Part shown: positions 1-8,913 of the stretch, piece by piece
Layout: each line of letters begins with the position of its first letter
Numbering within the stretch: the first letter of the stretch is position 1
Made by a program: the position numbers and the translations under genes
Notes under the pieces: generated by a model
What the model was told of the DNA's origin: nothing
The model's input: the letters and a program-made list of their open reading frames with translations, nothing else
Database searches by the model: none
Sequence record: NC_048048.2
Direction: 5' to 3' (one strand)
DNA length: 64,000 bases

Positions 1-1
1 C

Positions 2-121
2 GACGATGGCGCGCCGTTCTCGGCCGCGCGCATCCTCGAAGAACTGGCCAAGGACATTCGCGAGGCCGGCGAGGAGCGTAACCGCGCTCTGGAAGCGGCC
101 CTGGAGGGCAAGACCAAATGA
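2..121 (+). CDS. partial hypothetical protein (3' end)
   Basis: open frame from window start; TGA overlaps ATG at 118. Confidence 0.6.
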   Translation, partial: DDGAPFSAARILEELAKDIREAGEERNRALEAALEGKTK

Positions 122-471
122 TCCATCCTCCCGGCTTGATCCAGGCCGTGCGCGGCCTGAAGGGCACCTTCCTCGCCGAGGGCGGCGGCCGATTGGCGAC
201 CCCCGACGACACCGTCGCGGCGATCGACAGCGTCTGTCGCTACATCGAGGCGACGCTGCCGCTGGGCCTGTCCGCCGCGATCGGCTACCAGATCGTCCAG
301 AACGGTAAGACCATCCAGGTCAACGACGCCACCTGGGAGCAACTGGCCCAGGCCGTCGTCGAACTGCTCGACTTCCTGGAGCACGCCGACAATCTCACCG
401 AGCACCTGACCAGGGCCGTGAACGCCGCCCGCGATGGTAAGGAGCTTCCGATCCTGATCGAGGCTGGCTGA
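118..471 (+). CDS. hypothetical protein
   Basis: ORF, high-GC3 codons, coupled overlaps. Confidence 0.7.
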   Translation: MIHPPGLIQAVRGLKGTFLAEGGGRLATPDDTVAAIDSVCRYIEATLPLGLSAAIGYQIVQNGKTIQVNDATWEQLAQAVVELLDFLEHADNLTEHLTRAVNAARDGKELPILIEAG

Positions 472-686
472 TGGCCCTGCGTCTTCGCAAGACCAAGCCG
501 ACCCTCTGGAACGGCAACGGCTTTGGCACGTCCGCCGCCGAGTGGACGCTGGCCGACTATCCAGGCTGGTCGATCTATAAGAGCGCCGGCGACTGGTACG
601 CTCGGAAGGGCGACCTGGAGGTCTATGCCTTCCACCGCAAGGACCTCCTGGCCAAGCTCGAACCCATCGTCAAGGCAACCGCATGA
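471..686 (+). CDS. hypothetical protein
   Basis: ORF, coupled overlaps. Confidence 0.7.
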   Translation: MALRLRKTKPTLWNGNGFGTSAAEWTLADYPGWSIYKSAGDWYARKGDLEVYAFHRKDLLAKLEPIVKATA

Positions 687-976
687 ACTACCTCCAGCAC
701 CCAGTTCGCTTCATGGGCCAGCCGATCGGTAAGACCGCCACCTCCAAGCTCCAGGCCGCCCTGGCGGTCCTGACGTGGCTCAAGCCTGGGCAGGTCCCGG
801 CCGAATACTGCCCGGTCGAGCGTAAGGTCCGGTCCAAGGGTCTGGACGCCGGCAAGGTCAGCAACATCCACCTCTACCCCACCATCGGCAGGCTGGTGAA
901 GAACACCGCCTATGATGGCCAGGGCTTCAATGTCGGGATCGGCCTGCCGGATCGGCGCCTCAGTCGCAAATCCTAG
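683..976 (+). CDS. hypothetical protein
   Basis: ORF followed by terminator. Confidence 0.7.
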   Translation: MNYLQHPVRFMGQPIGKTATSKLQAALAVLTWLKPGQVPAEYCPVERKVRSKGLDAGKVSNIHLYPTIGRLVKNTAYDGQGFNVGIGLPDRRLSRKS

Positions 977-987
977 CTCGTGACGTG

Positions 988-1018
988 AAAAAGGCCCGGA
1001 GTCACCTCCGGGCCTTTT
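988..1018. terminator. bidirectional intrinsic terminator
   Basis: AAAAA-GGCCCGGAG-tcac-CTCCGGGCC-TTTT between convergent ORFs and tRNAs. Confidence 0.85.
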
Positions 1019-1072
1019 GCATGATGTATCAGTCATATTGGGCGAATGTGCATGATATGTCATGCAAAAAGG

Positions 1073-1150
1073 TGGCGGCCCCGGCGGGAATCGAACCCGC
1101 GACCTCTGCTTTCGGAAAACAGCGCTCTTGTTCCGCTGAGCTACGGGGCC
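1073..1150 (-). tRNA. tRNA-Arg(CCG)
   Basis: cloverleaf GGCCCCG...anticodon arm CTGTT-TTCCGAA-AGCAG, T-loop TTCGATT, encoded CCA. Confidence 0.92.
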
Positions 1151-1151
1151 A

Positions 1152-1226
1152 TGGCGTGCCCGGCCGGAATCAAACCGGCATCCGGCGCTTAGAAGGCGCT
1201 TGCTCTCTTCGTTGAGCTACGGGCAC
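1152..1226 (-). tRNA. tRNA-Arg(TCT), atypical elbow
   Basis: GTGCCCG acceptor stem, anticodon loop CTTCTAA, T-loop TTTGATT, encoded CCA. Confidence 0.85.
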
Positions 1227-1391
1227 GAGGGGTCAAGGGTCGGCTTAGCGCCGCCGCCTGGAGACCGTTCTGATCGTGACCGTGGAAATCATATCCAATC
1301 CCTAGCCCATATTTCCTGGGCTGTAAAGAAACGTGATTCGTGACACGATGACATCTTGCGCGTCACAGCGAACCCAGGGTATCAAAGACCC

Positions 1392-1577
1392 ATGTCCGAC
1401 GAGGCCTTCATCGACCTGCTGCTGAGCGACCCGCGCAATGCGGGCCTGACGCGCGGCTGGCTGGAATATGCCCTTGGACTCCTGGGACGCCACACGCTGA
1501 GCGCCATCCTCTCGCCGGGAAAACTGACCGCCGAGGAACTTCGGGCCGTTTCGGCACGCCCCCGCGAGGCCGCCTGA
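1392..1577 (+). CDS. hypothetical protein
   Basis: ORF, ATG start at 1392. Confidence 0.6.
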   Translation: MSDEAFIDLLLSDPRNAGLTRGWLEYALGLLGRHTLSAILSPGKLTAEELRAVSARPREAA

Positions 1578-1578
1578 C

Positions 1579-1776
1579 ATGCCCCAGAAGATGTTGAGCG
1601 TCTGCACCTGCCGCCAATGCAAGCGCGCCCGCCGGCGTGGACGCATCCTGGGCGCGCGGCTCCTCAAGCACCTGGGCAGCAAGGCCCATTTCCAATCCGG
1701 GATCGTGCCGTTCGCTCGATACGCCAAAGGCAAGCGCATCCGCCGCCCTCAAAACCAGAAGGACCTCGACGAGTGA
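1579..1776 (+). CDS. hypothetical basic protein with CxCxxC
   Basis: ORF. Confidence 0.6.
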   Translation: MPQKMLSVCTCRQCKRARRRGRILGARLLKHLGSKAHFQSGIVPFARYAKGKRIRRPQNQKDLDE

Positions 1777-2129
1777 ACCGAGCCCTGCCGCTCCTGGCGC
1801 TTTGCGCCCTGGGCCTGACCGCTTGCCTGGACCCCAAGACCAAGGCCGCCATCAAGGCCAATCAAGAGGCCCAGGCGCGCGAGTACGAGGCCCAGCAAGC
1901 CCGGTACCAGCGCGATGTCGACTACCTCTACCGCACCAAGGTCGTGCGCGTCTGCACCGCCAAGTCCACCTACATCGTCCAGGGCGCTGACGGCCGGCGT
2001 TGGGTCTCCAATGGACCCAACCCCGGTCAAAGCTGGATGGCCATCCGCGACACCGCCGGCCACACCAATCCCTGGGTCACGGTCGATCCGGTTTCCTCCG
2101 ACATCGCTCTGACGGACATCTGCCAGTGA
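1773..2129 (+). CDS. putative lipoprotein
   Basis: GTG start; MNRALPLLALCALGLTA|C lipobox. Confidence 0.7.
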   Translation: MNRALPLLALCALGLTACLDPKTKAAIKANQEAQAREYEAQQARYQRDVDYLYRTKVVRVCTAKSTYIVQGADGRRWVSNGPNPGQSWMAIRDTAGHTNPWVTVDPVSSDIALTDICQ

Positions 2130-2701
2130 CCTTCGATCGCTCGCGACCTCTCTACCGCTACTTCGCCCTGCCCGAGGACGGCGGCCCTGGCTGGTTCGAG
2201 GTGGGCGCCGACAACCGTCCCTTGCCTCGAAAAGTCCCTGAACTGACCGAATTCGCCCTGCGCCGGTTCCTGTCGGCGGCCGACTGGGGCGACGCCTTCC
2301 TGACCGCCTTGGGCGAGCACAAGAAGGCCACCATCTACTTTGGCCCCGACAGCGTCGAACTGGCCAGGGATGTCAGCGACGCCCACAAGCTGAACTTCCG
2401 TCGCGGCGATTTCGGTCGCTTCATGCCCTACTTCTACTACAACGACGGTTCGCGTCAGGCCGGTACCGGCGCGCCCAAGCGCTCGCCCGCCGAAGAGGCC
2501 GCGTTCGGCTACGAGATCGTTGGCGCCGACGGTGAGCACAAGCACGTCCTGGACGCCACCCGCGACGAACTGCTCTTGGCGATCGTCAACCTGACCGACT
2601 GCATGGAAGCCGTGCGCAGCGACGTGCTCGTGCGCCTCAAGCAGATCGATCGCAGCTACAACACCGGCGATCACATCGCCAACTGCCTGGAGGCCGGCTA
2701 G
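2126..2701 (+). CDS. hypothetical protein
   Basis: GTGA overlap start. Confidence 0.7.
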   Translation: MTFDRSRPLYRYFALPEDGGPGWFEVGADNRPLPRKVPELTEFALRRFLSAADWGDAFLTALGEHKKATIYFGPDSVELARDVSDAHKLNFRRGDFGRFMPYFYYNDGSRQAGTGAPKRSPAEEAAFGYEIVGADGEHKHVLDATRDELLLAIVNLTDCMEAVRSDVLVRLKQIDRSYNTGDHIANCLEAG

Positions 2702-3057
2702 TGACCGAGAACACGCCCAAGGAACGCGACATCGAAGGCCTGACCGCCATTCTTGGCGATTGCCTCGTCACCTTCGAGAGCAACATGGACGGCATGGCCT
2801 TCAATTACCACCAAGGCCACGGTCCACCTTCCATGCAGCCCCAGGCGCGCTACGCCGGTGAGTTCGACGCCATCATCCTGGGCTCCAACAGCGACAGTTT
2901 CTACGACATGGAAATCCATGCCGAGGCGCTGTACGATCGCCTGGAAGCGTTCTTCGCCGAGGCGCACGGCCGGCGCATCCATGCCCTGCTCGAACAGGTG
3001 ACCGACCACGAGAGACGCTATGTCGAGCACCTCTTTGGGCCGGACGGCGCCAAATGA
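2701..3057 (+). CDS. hypothetical protein
   Basis: ORF, coupled. Confidence 0.7.
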   Translation: MTENTPKERDIEGLTAILGDCLVTFESNMDGMAFNYHQGHGPPSMQPQARYAGEFDAIILGSNSDSFYDMEIHAEALYDRLEAFFAEAHGRRIHALLEQVTDHERRYVEHLFGPDGAK

Positions 3058-3368
3058 TCGACATCAAGAGCGCCGGGACCGAAGACCTCCTCAAGGTCGT
3101 CGACGTGGCGACCGAGTTCGAGCACGCCCGTCAGCAGGCCTACACCAAGGCCAAGACGCATGCCGAATTCCAGCCCTGGTTCGAGCGCGCCGAGGCCCTC
3201 TATCAGGACTTCTGCGCCGCCTATGGCCTCAAGCCCAAGCCGGTCTTCGATACCGAGGAGCACATCCGCCTGCGCATCGCCCAGGGGCACCCCGATTTCC
3301 TGCACTACGCCGAGAAGCCTCAGTTCGCCGACGTCGTGCCTTTCTCTTTGCCCCGAGAGGGCTGGTAA
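3054..3368 (+). CDS. hypothetical protein
   Basis: ORF, coupled. Confidence 0.7.
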   Translation: MIDIKSAGTEDLLKVVDVATEFEHARQQAYTKAKTHAEFQPWFERAEALYQDFCAAYGLKPKPVFDTEEHIRLRIAQGHPDFLHYAEKPQFADVVPFSLPREGW

Positions 3369-3976
3369 TGACCGCCAAGCCGTCTAAGCCCCTCAAGACC
3401 CTGGCCCAGAAGGACTCCCGGTACTGGGAGCAGACCCTGGCGTTCTTGAAGACGTTCAACGAGCGCTTCGACCACCTGCCAGCCGAGCCCTTTGCTGCGC
3501 CCCGATGGATGGGCGCCTGTCATCGCGACGCCGAGCCCTGGCAGGAGACGGCCCACGAAATCTACATCCAGGCGTACCGGATGTGGCGAAACTCGCTAGG
3601 GCCGCGCACCGACCCGCTGTTCCCTGGGTCGATGAAGTCGTTCATCCAGGATAAGCCATCGGTGGGTTCGATCGTGTTCGTCGGCAGCATCCGGCCGAGC
3701 ATGAACCTCTGGAAAGCCGTCGGCATGATCACCCTGATCGAGCCGTGCCATGAGGGCCTGAGCGGCGCGCCGCGCCTCTATGATAAGGATGGAGGGCCGT
3801 TTGGCTACTCGCCCATGTGGACCATCAAGCTGTTCGATGGCACAACCATGCGCTGGCACAACTGCGACCCCCACAACATCCTCACGCCGCGCCTCACCAA
3901 CCACCTTCATGATTGGTGCGCGCCAATGTCTCGTGAAGAGGCCAAGCGTCTCGCCCCTGGAGGGCCTCACTGGTGA
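3368..3976 (+). CDS. hypothetical protein
   Basis: TAATG overlap start. Confidence 0.7.
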   Translation: MTAKPSKPLKTLAQKDSRYWEQTLAFLKTFNERFDHLPAEPFAAPRWMGACHRDAEPWQETAHEIYIQAYRMWRNSLGPRTDPLFPGSMKSFIQDKPSVGSIVFVGSIRPSMNLWKAVGMITLIEPCHEGLSGAPRLYDKDGGPFGYSPMWTIKLFDGTTMRWHNCDPHNILTPRLTNHLHDWCAPMSREEAKRLAPGGPHW

Positions 3977-4716
3977 GCTACGGAACCGAAATCGCTCTCG
4001 ACTACGAGGCCCTGCGCGCCAGCGGCGCGGTCCCCCAGAACTTCGGACTGGGCTTTATCCAGTTGAAGCTCACCGAGCACAGCCGCGTCCATTTCTGGAC
4101 CGGCGAGCCCAACGTCCCCGAGGACGAAATCCACGATCACCGCTACGACTTCACGTCCGAGGTGATCAAGGGCTTCATCGAGCACGAGACCTTCGACTTC
4201 CGGCCGTTGTTCGCGGGCATCGAAAGATTGCGGCTGGGCGAGTCGCTCGACGGCTGGACGATCGAGAACGTCTCCTGCGATCCGAACAATCCCGCGCCCA
4301 TCGGCGAGCCGCGATACGGCCGCGTCGAGCGCACCGGCGCCTATACCCTTCAGCCCAACTCCACCTACTGGTTCCCCAAGGGCGCCTTCCATCGCTCGCG
4401 TGGTAGCCGAGGCGCGATCACCTTCCTGGTCCGTCACCTCGCCGAGCCCGCGCCGGAAGTACCCAAGGAGATCGACTGCCCCGAATGTGACGGAACCGGA
4501 CTGGCCGAGGCCTATGGCGAATGGCCCGTTCAGTTCGAGACCTGCGAGGTCTGCGGTGGCGGCAAGAAGGTTCGAAACCCTGACTACTATTCGCCGCTCG
4601 CGGGGCTCCACGCCCGCGTCATTCGCCGGGCCGGCGCGCCGAAGGTCTGTCCGTTCGCCGATCCCCGCCCGCCGGAGGTCCTGTGGGACCTGATCAAGGA
4701 ATTCATCGAGCGATGA
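3973..4716 (+). CDS. cupin-fold protein with DnaJ-type Zn-finger insert
   Basis: IHDHRYDFTSEVIKG and FH cupin motifs; CPECDGTG...CEVCGGG. Confidence 0.6.
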   Translation: MSYGTEIALDYEALRASGAVPQNFGLGFIQLKLTEHSRVHFWTGEPNVPEDEIHDHRYDFTSEVIKGFIEHETFDFRPLFAGIERLRLGESLDGWTIENVSCDPNNPAPIGEPRYGRVERTGAYTLQPNSTYWFPKGAFHRSRGSRGAITFLVRHLAEPAPEVPKEIDCPECDGTGLAEAYGEWPVQFETCEVCGGGKKVRNPDYYSPLAGLHARVIRRAGAPKVCPFADPRPPEVLWDLIKEFIER

Positions 4717-4916
4717 GCCAGCAGATGGTGGAGGCCCTAAGCCCGATCGAAAAGCCCGATGGCCTCTCCGACGAAAACTGGGAGGTCCTGAAGACCGCCA
4801 TTCGCTGGCCCGCGATCACGACCGTCGACGGGGGCCTGCATTTGACCTCCTGGGCCGTTCTCGACGGGATCATCAATATCTGCGTCAACCGCCGTAGCGG
4901 GCAGCCAAAGTCATGA
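4713..4916 (+). CDS. hypothetical protein
   Basis: ATGA overlap. Confidence 0.65.
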   Translation: MSQQMVEALSPIEKPDGLSDENWEVLKTAIRWPAITTVDGGLHLTSWAVLDGIINICVNRRSGQPKS

Positions 4917-5245
4917 TCTACCTCCTGATCGCCGACGATCGCTGGTACTCCGATGGGGACCGCCTGCCGATCCTGGCCTCGCCGGATAAGCCGCTGCTGG
5001 ACGCCTATGCGGCGCATCTCAACCGCTTCAAGGTCTTCCCCTATCCCGAACCCGGCGTCGCCGGCGAGTACGTGCGCAAGCCCGTCTATAGCCATCCCGA
5101 TCTGGCCGAACGCAAACGCCTGCTCCTGGCCGAAATCGCCAGGATCGCGCCTGATCTTCCGGCGAGCGCCATCAGCGACATCACCAGCGTCAGTTTCGAG
5201 GTGGAAGAAGTTCCCCTCGCCCGTCCAGGATTGCTCGATCAATGA
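4913..5245 (+). CDS. hypothetical protein
   Basis: ORF, coupled. Confidence 0.7.
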   Translation: MIYLLIADDRWYSDGDRLPILASPDKPLLDAYAAHLNRFKVFPYPEPGVAGEYVRKPVYSHPDLAERKRLLLAEIARIAPDLPASAISDITSVSFEVEEVPLARPGLLDQ

Positions 5246-5649
5246 CCAAGTACACCGACGGCCTGACCGCCGAGGGGCTTATCCGCTTCATCGCCACCGA
5301 GCCCCTGGAACTGAGCCACGACAAGGTCGAAATCCAGAACCGCGAAACCAAGCGCTTTTGCCTCGACTGGCTCAAGGCCCGCTACGAGGACGGACCCGGC
5401 GCAGATGCCGTCGGCAAACGCTGCCGCGCCCTGCTTAGCGCCTACCAACAAGACCCGCCGGTGATCCTGCAAGATACTGACCCTCAGGACGTCTCCTGGG
5501 TGCCTGAAGGCGCCGACCGGCGTGTGGTGCTGCATGCCCAGCGCATTGCCGTCCTGGAGGCTCGCTTGGGCCTCCTGGATGGTGAGGGCAATCTGCTGGA
5601 GCGGCCCAGGACGGCGCCGAAGTTCCTGGGCTTCAGGGACGACTTCTGA
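5242..5649 (+). CDS. hypothetical protein
   Basis: ORF, coupled. Confidence 0.7.
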   Translation: MTKYTDGLTAEGLIRFIATEPLELSHDKVEIQNRETKRFCLDWLKARYEDGPGADAVGKRCRALLSAYQQDPPVILQDTDPQDVSWVPEGADRRVVLHAQRIAVLEARLGLLDGEGNLLERPRTAPKFLGFRDDF

Positions 5650-5651
5650 TC

Positions 5652-5975
5652 ATGAGCGACGAAGCCGAAAGCAAACGCCTCGCCGAATGGGGCTTCTACG
5701 ACGCCCTACGCTACAAGGCGCCAAGTCAAGACCATCCAGCCTATCGCGCTGAGTACGAGCGCATGGCCGGCGACATGATCGATCGCCTTGATCCCTGCAA
5801 GTTCTGCGGCGCCAAGATGACCGTGATCGAGCCCAATGGCGAGGACTGGACTGGCATTACCTGTGCCAATCCCCAATGCACCGGCGACGTCAGGATCGGA
5901 TTGACAGACCCTGACAAGCATAGACGCTGGGTGATCCTGGCGGGCGCCTGGAACAATCGGGACATGATCGGATGA
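5652..5975 (+). CDS. Lar-like (restriction alleviation family) Zn-finger protein
   Basis: PCKFCG...CANPQC...AWNNR pattern. Confidence 0.55.
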   Translation: MSDEAESKRLAEWGFYDALRYKAPSQDHPAYRAEYERMAGDMIDRLDPCKFCGAKMTVIEPNGEDWTGITCANPQCTGDVRIGLTDPDKHRRWVILAGAWNNRDMIG

Positions 5976-6169
5976 CCGTCGACAGCTTCACACGGGATGC
6001 CTTACTCGATCTGATGTTCGCGCAGCCTTCATCCAGCATCCTGAGAGAGCGAGGCCTGCGGGACCAGCGTGCCGGGAAGCCTCGCCTCTCTGGGAACGAG
6101 CACTACTTGAGAGGCTACGAACTCGGGCAGGAGCTTGAACAGCGACTTCGTGAGGGAAACACGCCATGA
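5972..6169 (+). CDS. hypothetical protein
   Basis: ORF, coupled. Confidence 0.6.
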   Translation: MTVDSFTRDALLDLMFAQPSSSILRERGLRDQRAGKPRLSGNEHYLRGYELGQELEQRLREGNTP

Positions 6170-6531
6170 GCACTGAAGACCTCGGCGGCCCGGTCTATGG
6201 CGATGAGCGGCTCTACGCCCATGCCGCAGGCTATAAGAAGACGTTAGACCAGATCAAGAGTGAGAACCTCTTCTACAATCCCGAGAAGGCCAAGAACGAG
6301 CCGATTGACTACCTGAAGCTCACGGCCCACCGTCGCGCCAACCACATCGGCATGGCCATGACGGATTATGGTCGCATCTTCGTCGGGACCGAAGCTGAGA
6401 TGCGCAAGGCGGCAAGCGAGCGGAGCGAGACGCGCCGGCGCGGCGTGCCTATCGCCGAGGTCTTCATCTACGGGCTCTCGATCGCGGCCATGCTGATCCT
6501 GGCCTGGATCGCCTGGGGACCCCACGCGTAA
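6166..6531 (+). CDS. hypothetical protein, C-terminal TM helix
   Basis: hydrophobic C-terminus. Confidence 0.7.
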   Translation: MSTEDLGGPVYGDERLYAHAAGYKKTLDQIKSENLFYNPEKAKNEPIDYLKLTAHRRANHIGMAMTDYGRIFVGTEAEMRKAASERSETRRRGVPIAEVFIYGLSIAAMLILAWIAWGPHA

Positions 6532-6539
6532 GAACCCTG

Positions 6540-6568
6540 TTGACTTCCCACGTCATGGGGCCTATCAC
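6540..6568 (+). promoter_or_regulatory. sigma70-type promoter
   Basis: aagaaccctg-TTGACT-N17-TATCAC. Confidence 0.65.
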
Positions 6569-6599
6569 CGTGTCAACTGCAATTGCACGGAGACCCATC

Positions 6600-6881
6600 G
6601 TGAAGATGGTCATCAAGAAGACGACCGGCATCCACTTCCACTGGTTCGCCGTGCTGGTGATCGCCGCGCTGTTCTGCGGCGCCGGCTACGTCATCGGCGT
6701 GCAGGTCACGCCCCAGCAAGTCAGCCGACCCGTACTGCCGCCGGCCCAGCCGCTGAAGATCACCGTGCTTAAGGACGGCACGCTGATCGAGGACCCGCGC
6801 ACCGGCTGCGCCTGGATCGAGCGCGGCTGGATGGGCACCTCGACCCTGCGCGGCGACAACTGCGAGAAGGTGGTCCGTTGA
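6600..6881 (+). CDS. membrane-anchored protein (DPxTGCAW motif)
   Basis: GGAGA SD before GTG 6600; TM helix; paralog of 8914. Confidence 0.65.
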   Translation: MKMVIKKTTGIHFHWFAVLVIAALFCGAGYVIGVQVTPQQVSRPVLPPAQPLKITVLKDGTLIEDPRTGCAWIERGWMGTSTLRGDNCEKVVR

Positions 6882-7261
6882 GCATCGTCGGCTCCATCGT
6901 CCTCGCCCTGGCGGTCGCTGGCGTGATCATCTGGTGGGTGAAGACCACCAGCGACTACGAGGCCAAGTTCAAGATCGCGGTCGACGCCAAGGGCGTGCCC
7001 GAGGTCTACTCTCTGGCGTTCTTCATCAAGAACATGCGCCAGGAGTTCGTCACCGACCTCACGCGCCCCGAAGAAAGCCGGATCACCAATCCGACCGCCT
7101 ATCAGGCGCGCCTGGGACAAGCCGCTTCGATCCTCACCCTGTCGGCCGGCGCGGTCGATCGCGCCATTCGAGCCGACAATGGCGAGGTCCTGGCCGCCGC
7201 CCTGCTATTGGCCGACAGCCTCAAGGCCGTCGCCGAGGTCAAGAAGCACACCAACCCGTGA
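6878..7261 (+). CDS. hypothetical protein, N-terminal TM helix
   Basis: hydrophobic N-terminus. Confidence 0.7.
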   Translation: MSIVGSIVLALAVAGVIIWWVKTTSDYEAKFKIAVDAKGVPEVYSLAFFIKNMRQEFVTDLTRPEESRITNPTAYQARLGQAASILTLSAGAVDRAIRADNGEVLAAALLLADSLKAVAEVKKHTNP

Positions 7262-7536
7262 CAAGCTGCGCCTGCTCCGAGAAGAAGCGTCCGCTGCCGA
7301 CGGCCCTGCCGGAGGGCTCCAACGAGCGTCCCCGGCAGTGGTTTGTCCTGCGCCGCAACGAGAGCAGCAGCGCCTTCAACGGCTACCGCCGGCAGTGGTC
7401 GGACAAGTCCTATGTGCAGTGCCGTGTCTGCGGCTGCGCCTGGGACACCAAGGCCGCCTATGTCAGCGACCTCCCCAACTGCGAATACTATCCCGAGCGG
7501 GTCGCCCCCGCCGTCGAGCCCTGGACCGATCAATGA
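7258..7536 (+). CDS. hypothetical Cys-rich protein
   Basis: GTGA overlap; CAC and CRVC. Confidence 0.65.
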   Translation: MTSCACSEKKRPLPTALPEGSNERPRQWFVLRRNESSSAFNGYRRQWSDKSYVQCRVCGCAWDTKAAYVSDLPNCEYYPERVAPAVEPWTDQ

Positions 7537-7940
7537 TCACGCTGCCCGAACCCCTCAAGCCCTGCCCGTTCTGCGGCGGCCCTTTCGCGATCAGCCAGGA
7601 GCCGCACGACAATCACCCGATCGCGGGGATGTACTACATCTACCACACCGATCGGACGACGCCGGAGCGCTGGCACTGCCGGATCAACGTCGACAACCAC
7701 TTTGACTCGGTCGAGGCGGCCGTGTCGTTCTGGAACGATCGTCACGTCCCCGATGAGCGGATCATCCTGCCCAAGATCAGGGTCGCCGAACTTTGCTATA
7801 GCATGGGCTGGACCGCCGGCTACGGGCAAGCCCTGGTCGAGAAGGGCCTGTGCTTGGCCGACGCCTGGGACCTCGACAAGCCCGAAGCTATCGCTCGCCT
7901 CCAGGCCGGAGGCGAAGACCCCGGAGAGGAGACGCCATGA
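7533..7940 (+). CDS. Lar-like Zn-finger protein
   Basis: LKPCPFCGG...FWNDR. Confidence 0.6.
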   Translation: MITLPEPLKPCPFCGGPFAISQEPHDNHPIAGMYYIYHTDRTTPERWHCRINVDNHFDSVEAAVSFWNDRHVPDERIILPKIRVAELCYSMGWTAGYGQALVEKGLCLADAWDLDKPEAIARLQAGGEDPGEETP

Positions 7941-8143
7941 CCGCCGCTGAACAGATCGCCGAAGCCGGCAAGCGCTACCTCTACTTCAAGAACTGGCGCA
8001 CCAAGGAAGTCGCGGACAATCCGATCGACGTCACCAACCGCTCCGATCGCGAGATCGAGAAGATCAAGGCCGGCATGGCCATCAACATCGGCGGCGACTG
8101 GTACATCGGCGACACGTTATATGACCGCGAGGACGTGGCGTGA
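7937..8143 (+). CDS. hypothetical protein
   Basis: GGAG SD, ATGA overlap. Confidence 0.7.
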   Translation: MTAAEQIAEAGKRYLYFKNWRTKEVADNPIDVTNRSDREIEKIKAGMAINIGGDWYIGDTLYDREDVA

Positions 8144-8484
8144 AGAAGCCGACCAAGGCTCAACTGCGTATCTTTTCGCGCGCCTATCAGCACCCGCTGA
8201 AGCTCGCTGAGCCGCATTGGTCCTGGCAGGGCCTCAAGCGTGCCAACTGGCACGCCACCATGAGCCGGCTGGTCGCCCAGGGATGGTTCAGGACCTATCC
8301 TCACGGCGGCGGCTACGAACTCACGGAACTGGGCATTGAGGTGTCCGGCGTCGGCCGACCTGCGTTCCTGATCGTCAAAGGCCAGGAGGCGGATATCGAG
8401 CATATGCACCGGTCGCTCCAGGACCACATGAAAGAGACCTACATCATCCCACGAGACGAGGAGGACACCGATGGACCTGCATGA
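8140..8484 (+). CDS. hypothetical protein, possible winged helix
   Basis: LVAQGW...YELTELG wing motif. Confidence 0.6.
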   Translation: MKKPTKAQLRIFSRAYQHPLKLAEPHWSWQGLKRANWHATMSRLVAQGWFRTYPHGGGYELTELGIEVSGVGRPAFLIVKGQEADIEHMHRSLQDHMKETYIIPRDEEDTDGPA

Positions 8485-8908
8485 ACTGCGCGAAGAGATC
8501 GAGAGCGGCCGGCGCATGCTTTCGAGCGAGGCGGTCGATCATCTGCGCGAGATCGGTGAGCCCTATGTCAAGCTCCAGAACGAACTGGCCCAGGCCGGCG
8601 GCCCCGTACTGCCATCCGGTTACGAGTTCCCGATGAACGTCGAGGGCTACGAGACGTCGTTCCACAAGGGCGAGGCGTCGGTCTACATCTGGGGGTCCTG
8701 GACGCGGCGCGGCTGCACCGACCCGGAATCGTGTCATCTGCCGGTCGCCTACGTCTACGGCACGTTGTCGGAACAGGCCAACATCCTGGCCGGCATCAAG
8801 CAGCAGATCGCCGACCTCCAGGGCGCCAAGGCCGCTGCCGCCGAGAAGGCCCAGTACGCCGAATACCTGCGCCTGAAGCAAATCTACGAACCCGCCAGCG
8901 TCGGTTGA
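8471..8908 (+). CDS. hypothetical protein
   Basis: GGAGG SD. Confidence 0.7.
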   Translation: MDLHELREEIESGRRMLSSEAVDHLREIGEPYVKLQNELAQAGGPVLPSGYEFPMNVEGYETSFHKGEASVYIWGSWTRRGCTDPESCHLPVAYVYGTLSEQANILAGIKQQIADLQGAKAAAAEKAQYAEYLRLKQIYEPASVG

Positions 8909-8913
8909 CAGCG

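Noticed and set aside
1073-1226. tRNA as prophage att site
   Set aside because: No integrase, no duplicated tRNA 3' end and no host genes in the window
1229-1260. Similarity of tRNA leader to the 63.3-kb candidate RNA (GCTAAGCC, CCTTGAC)
   Set aside because: Only two short matches; compatible with chance in GC-rich DNA
5972-6169. Third Rmf-like protein
   Set aside because: Only partial G..D..AG...Y..GY pattern, lacks NP and Trp; too weak
6540-6599. ORF-track N-terminal extensions (e.g. 6540, 51628, 53377, 55073, 57215, 59381, 62270)
   Set aside because: These starts lie within promoter motifs; true starts follow the downstream SD/GGAGACACCCC leaders
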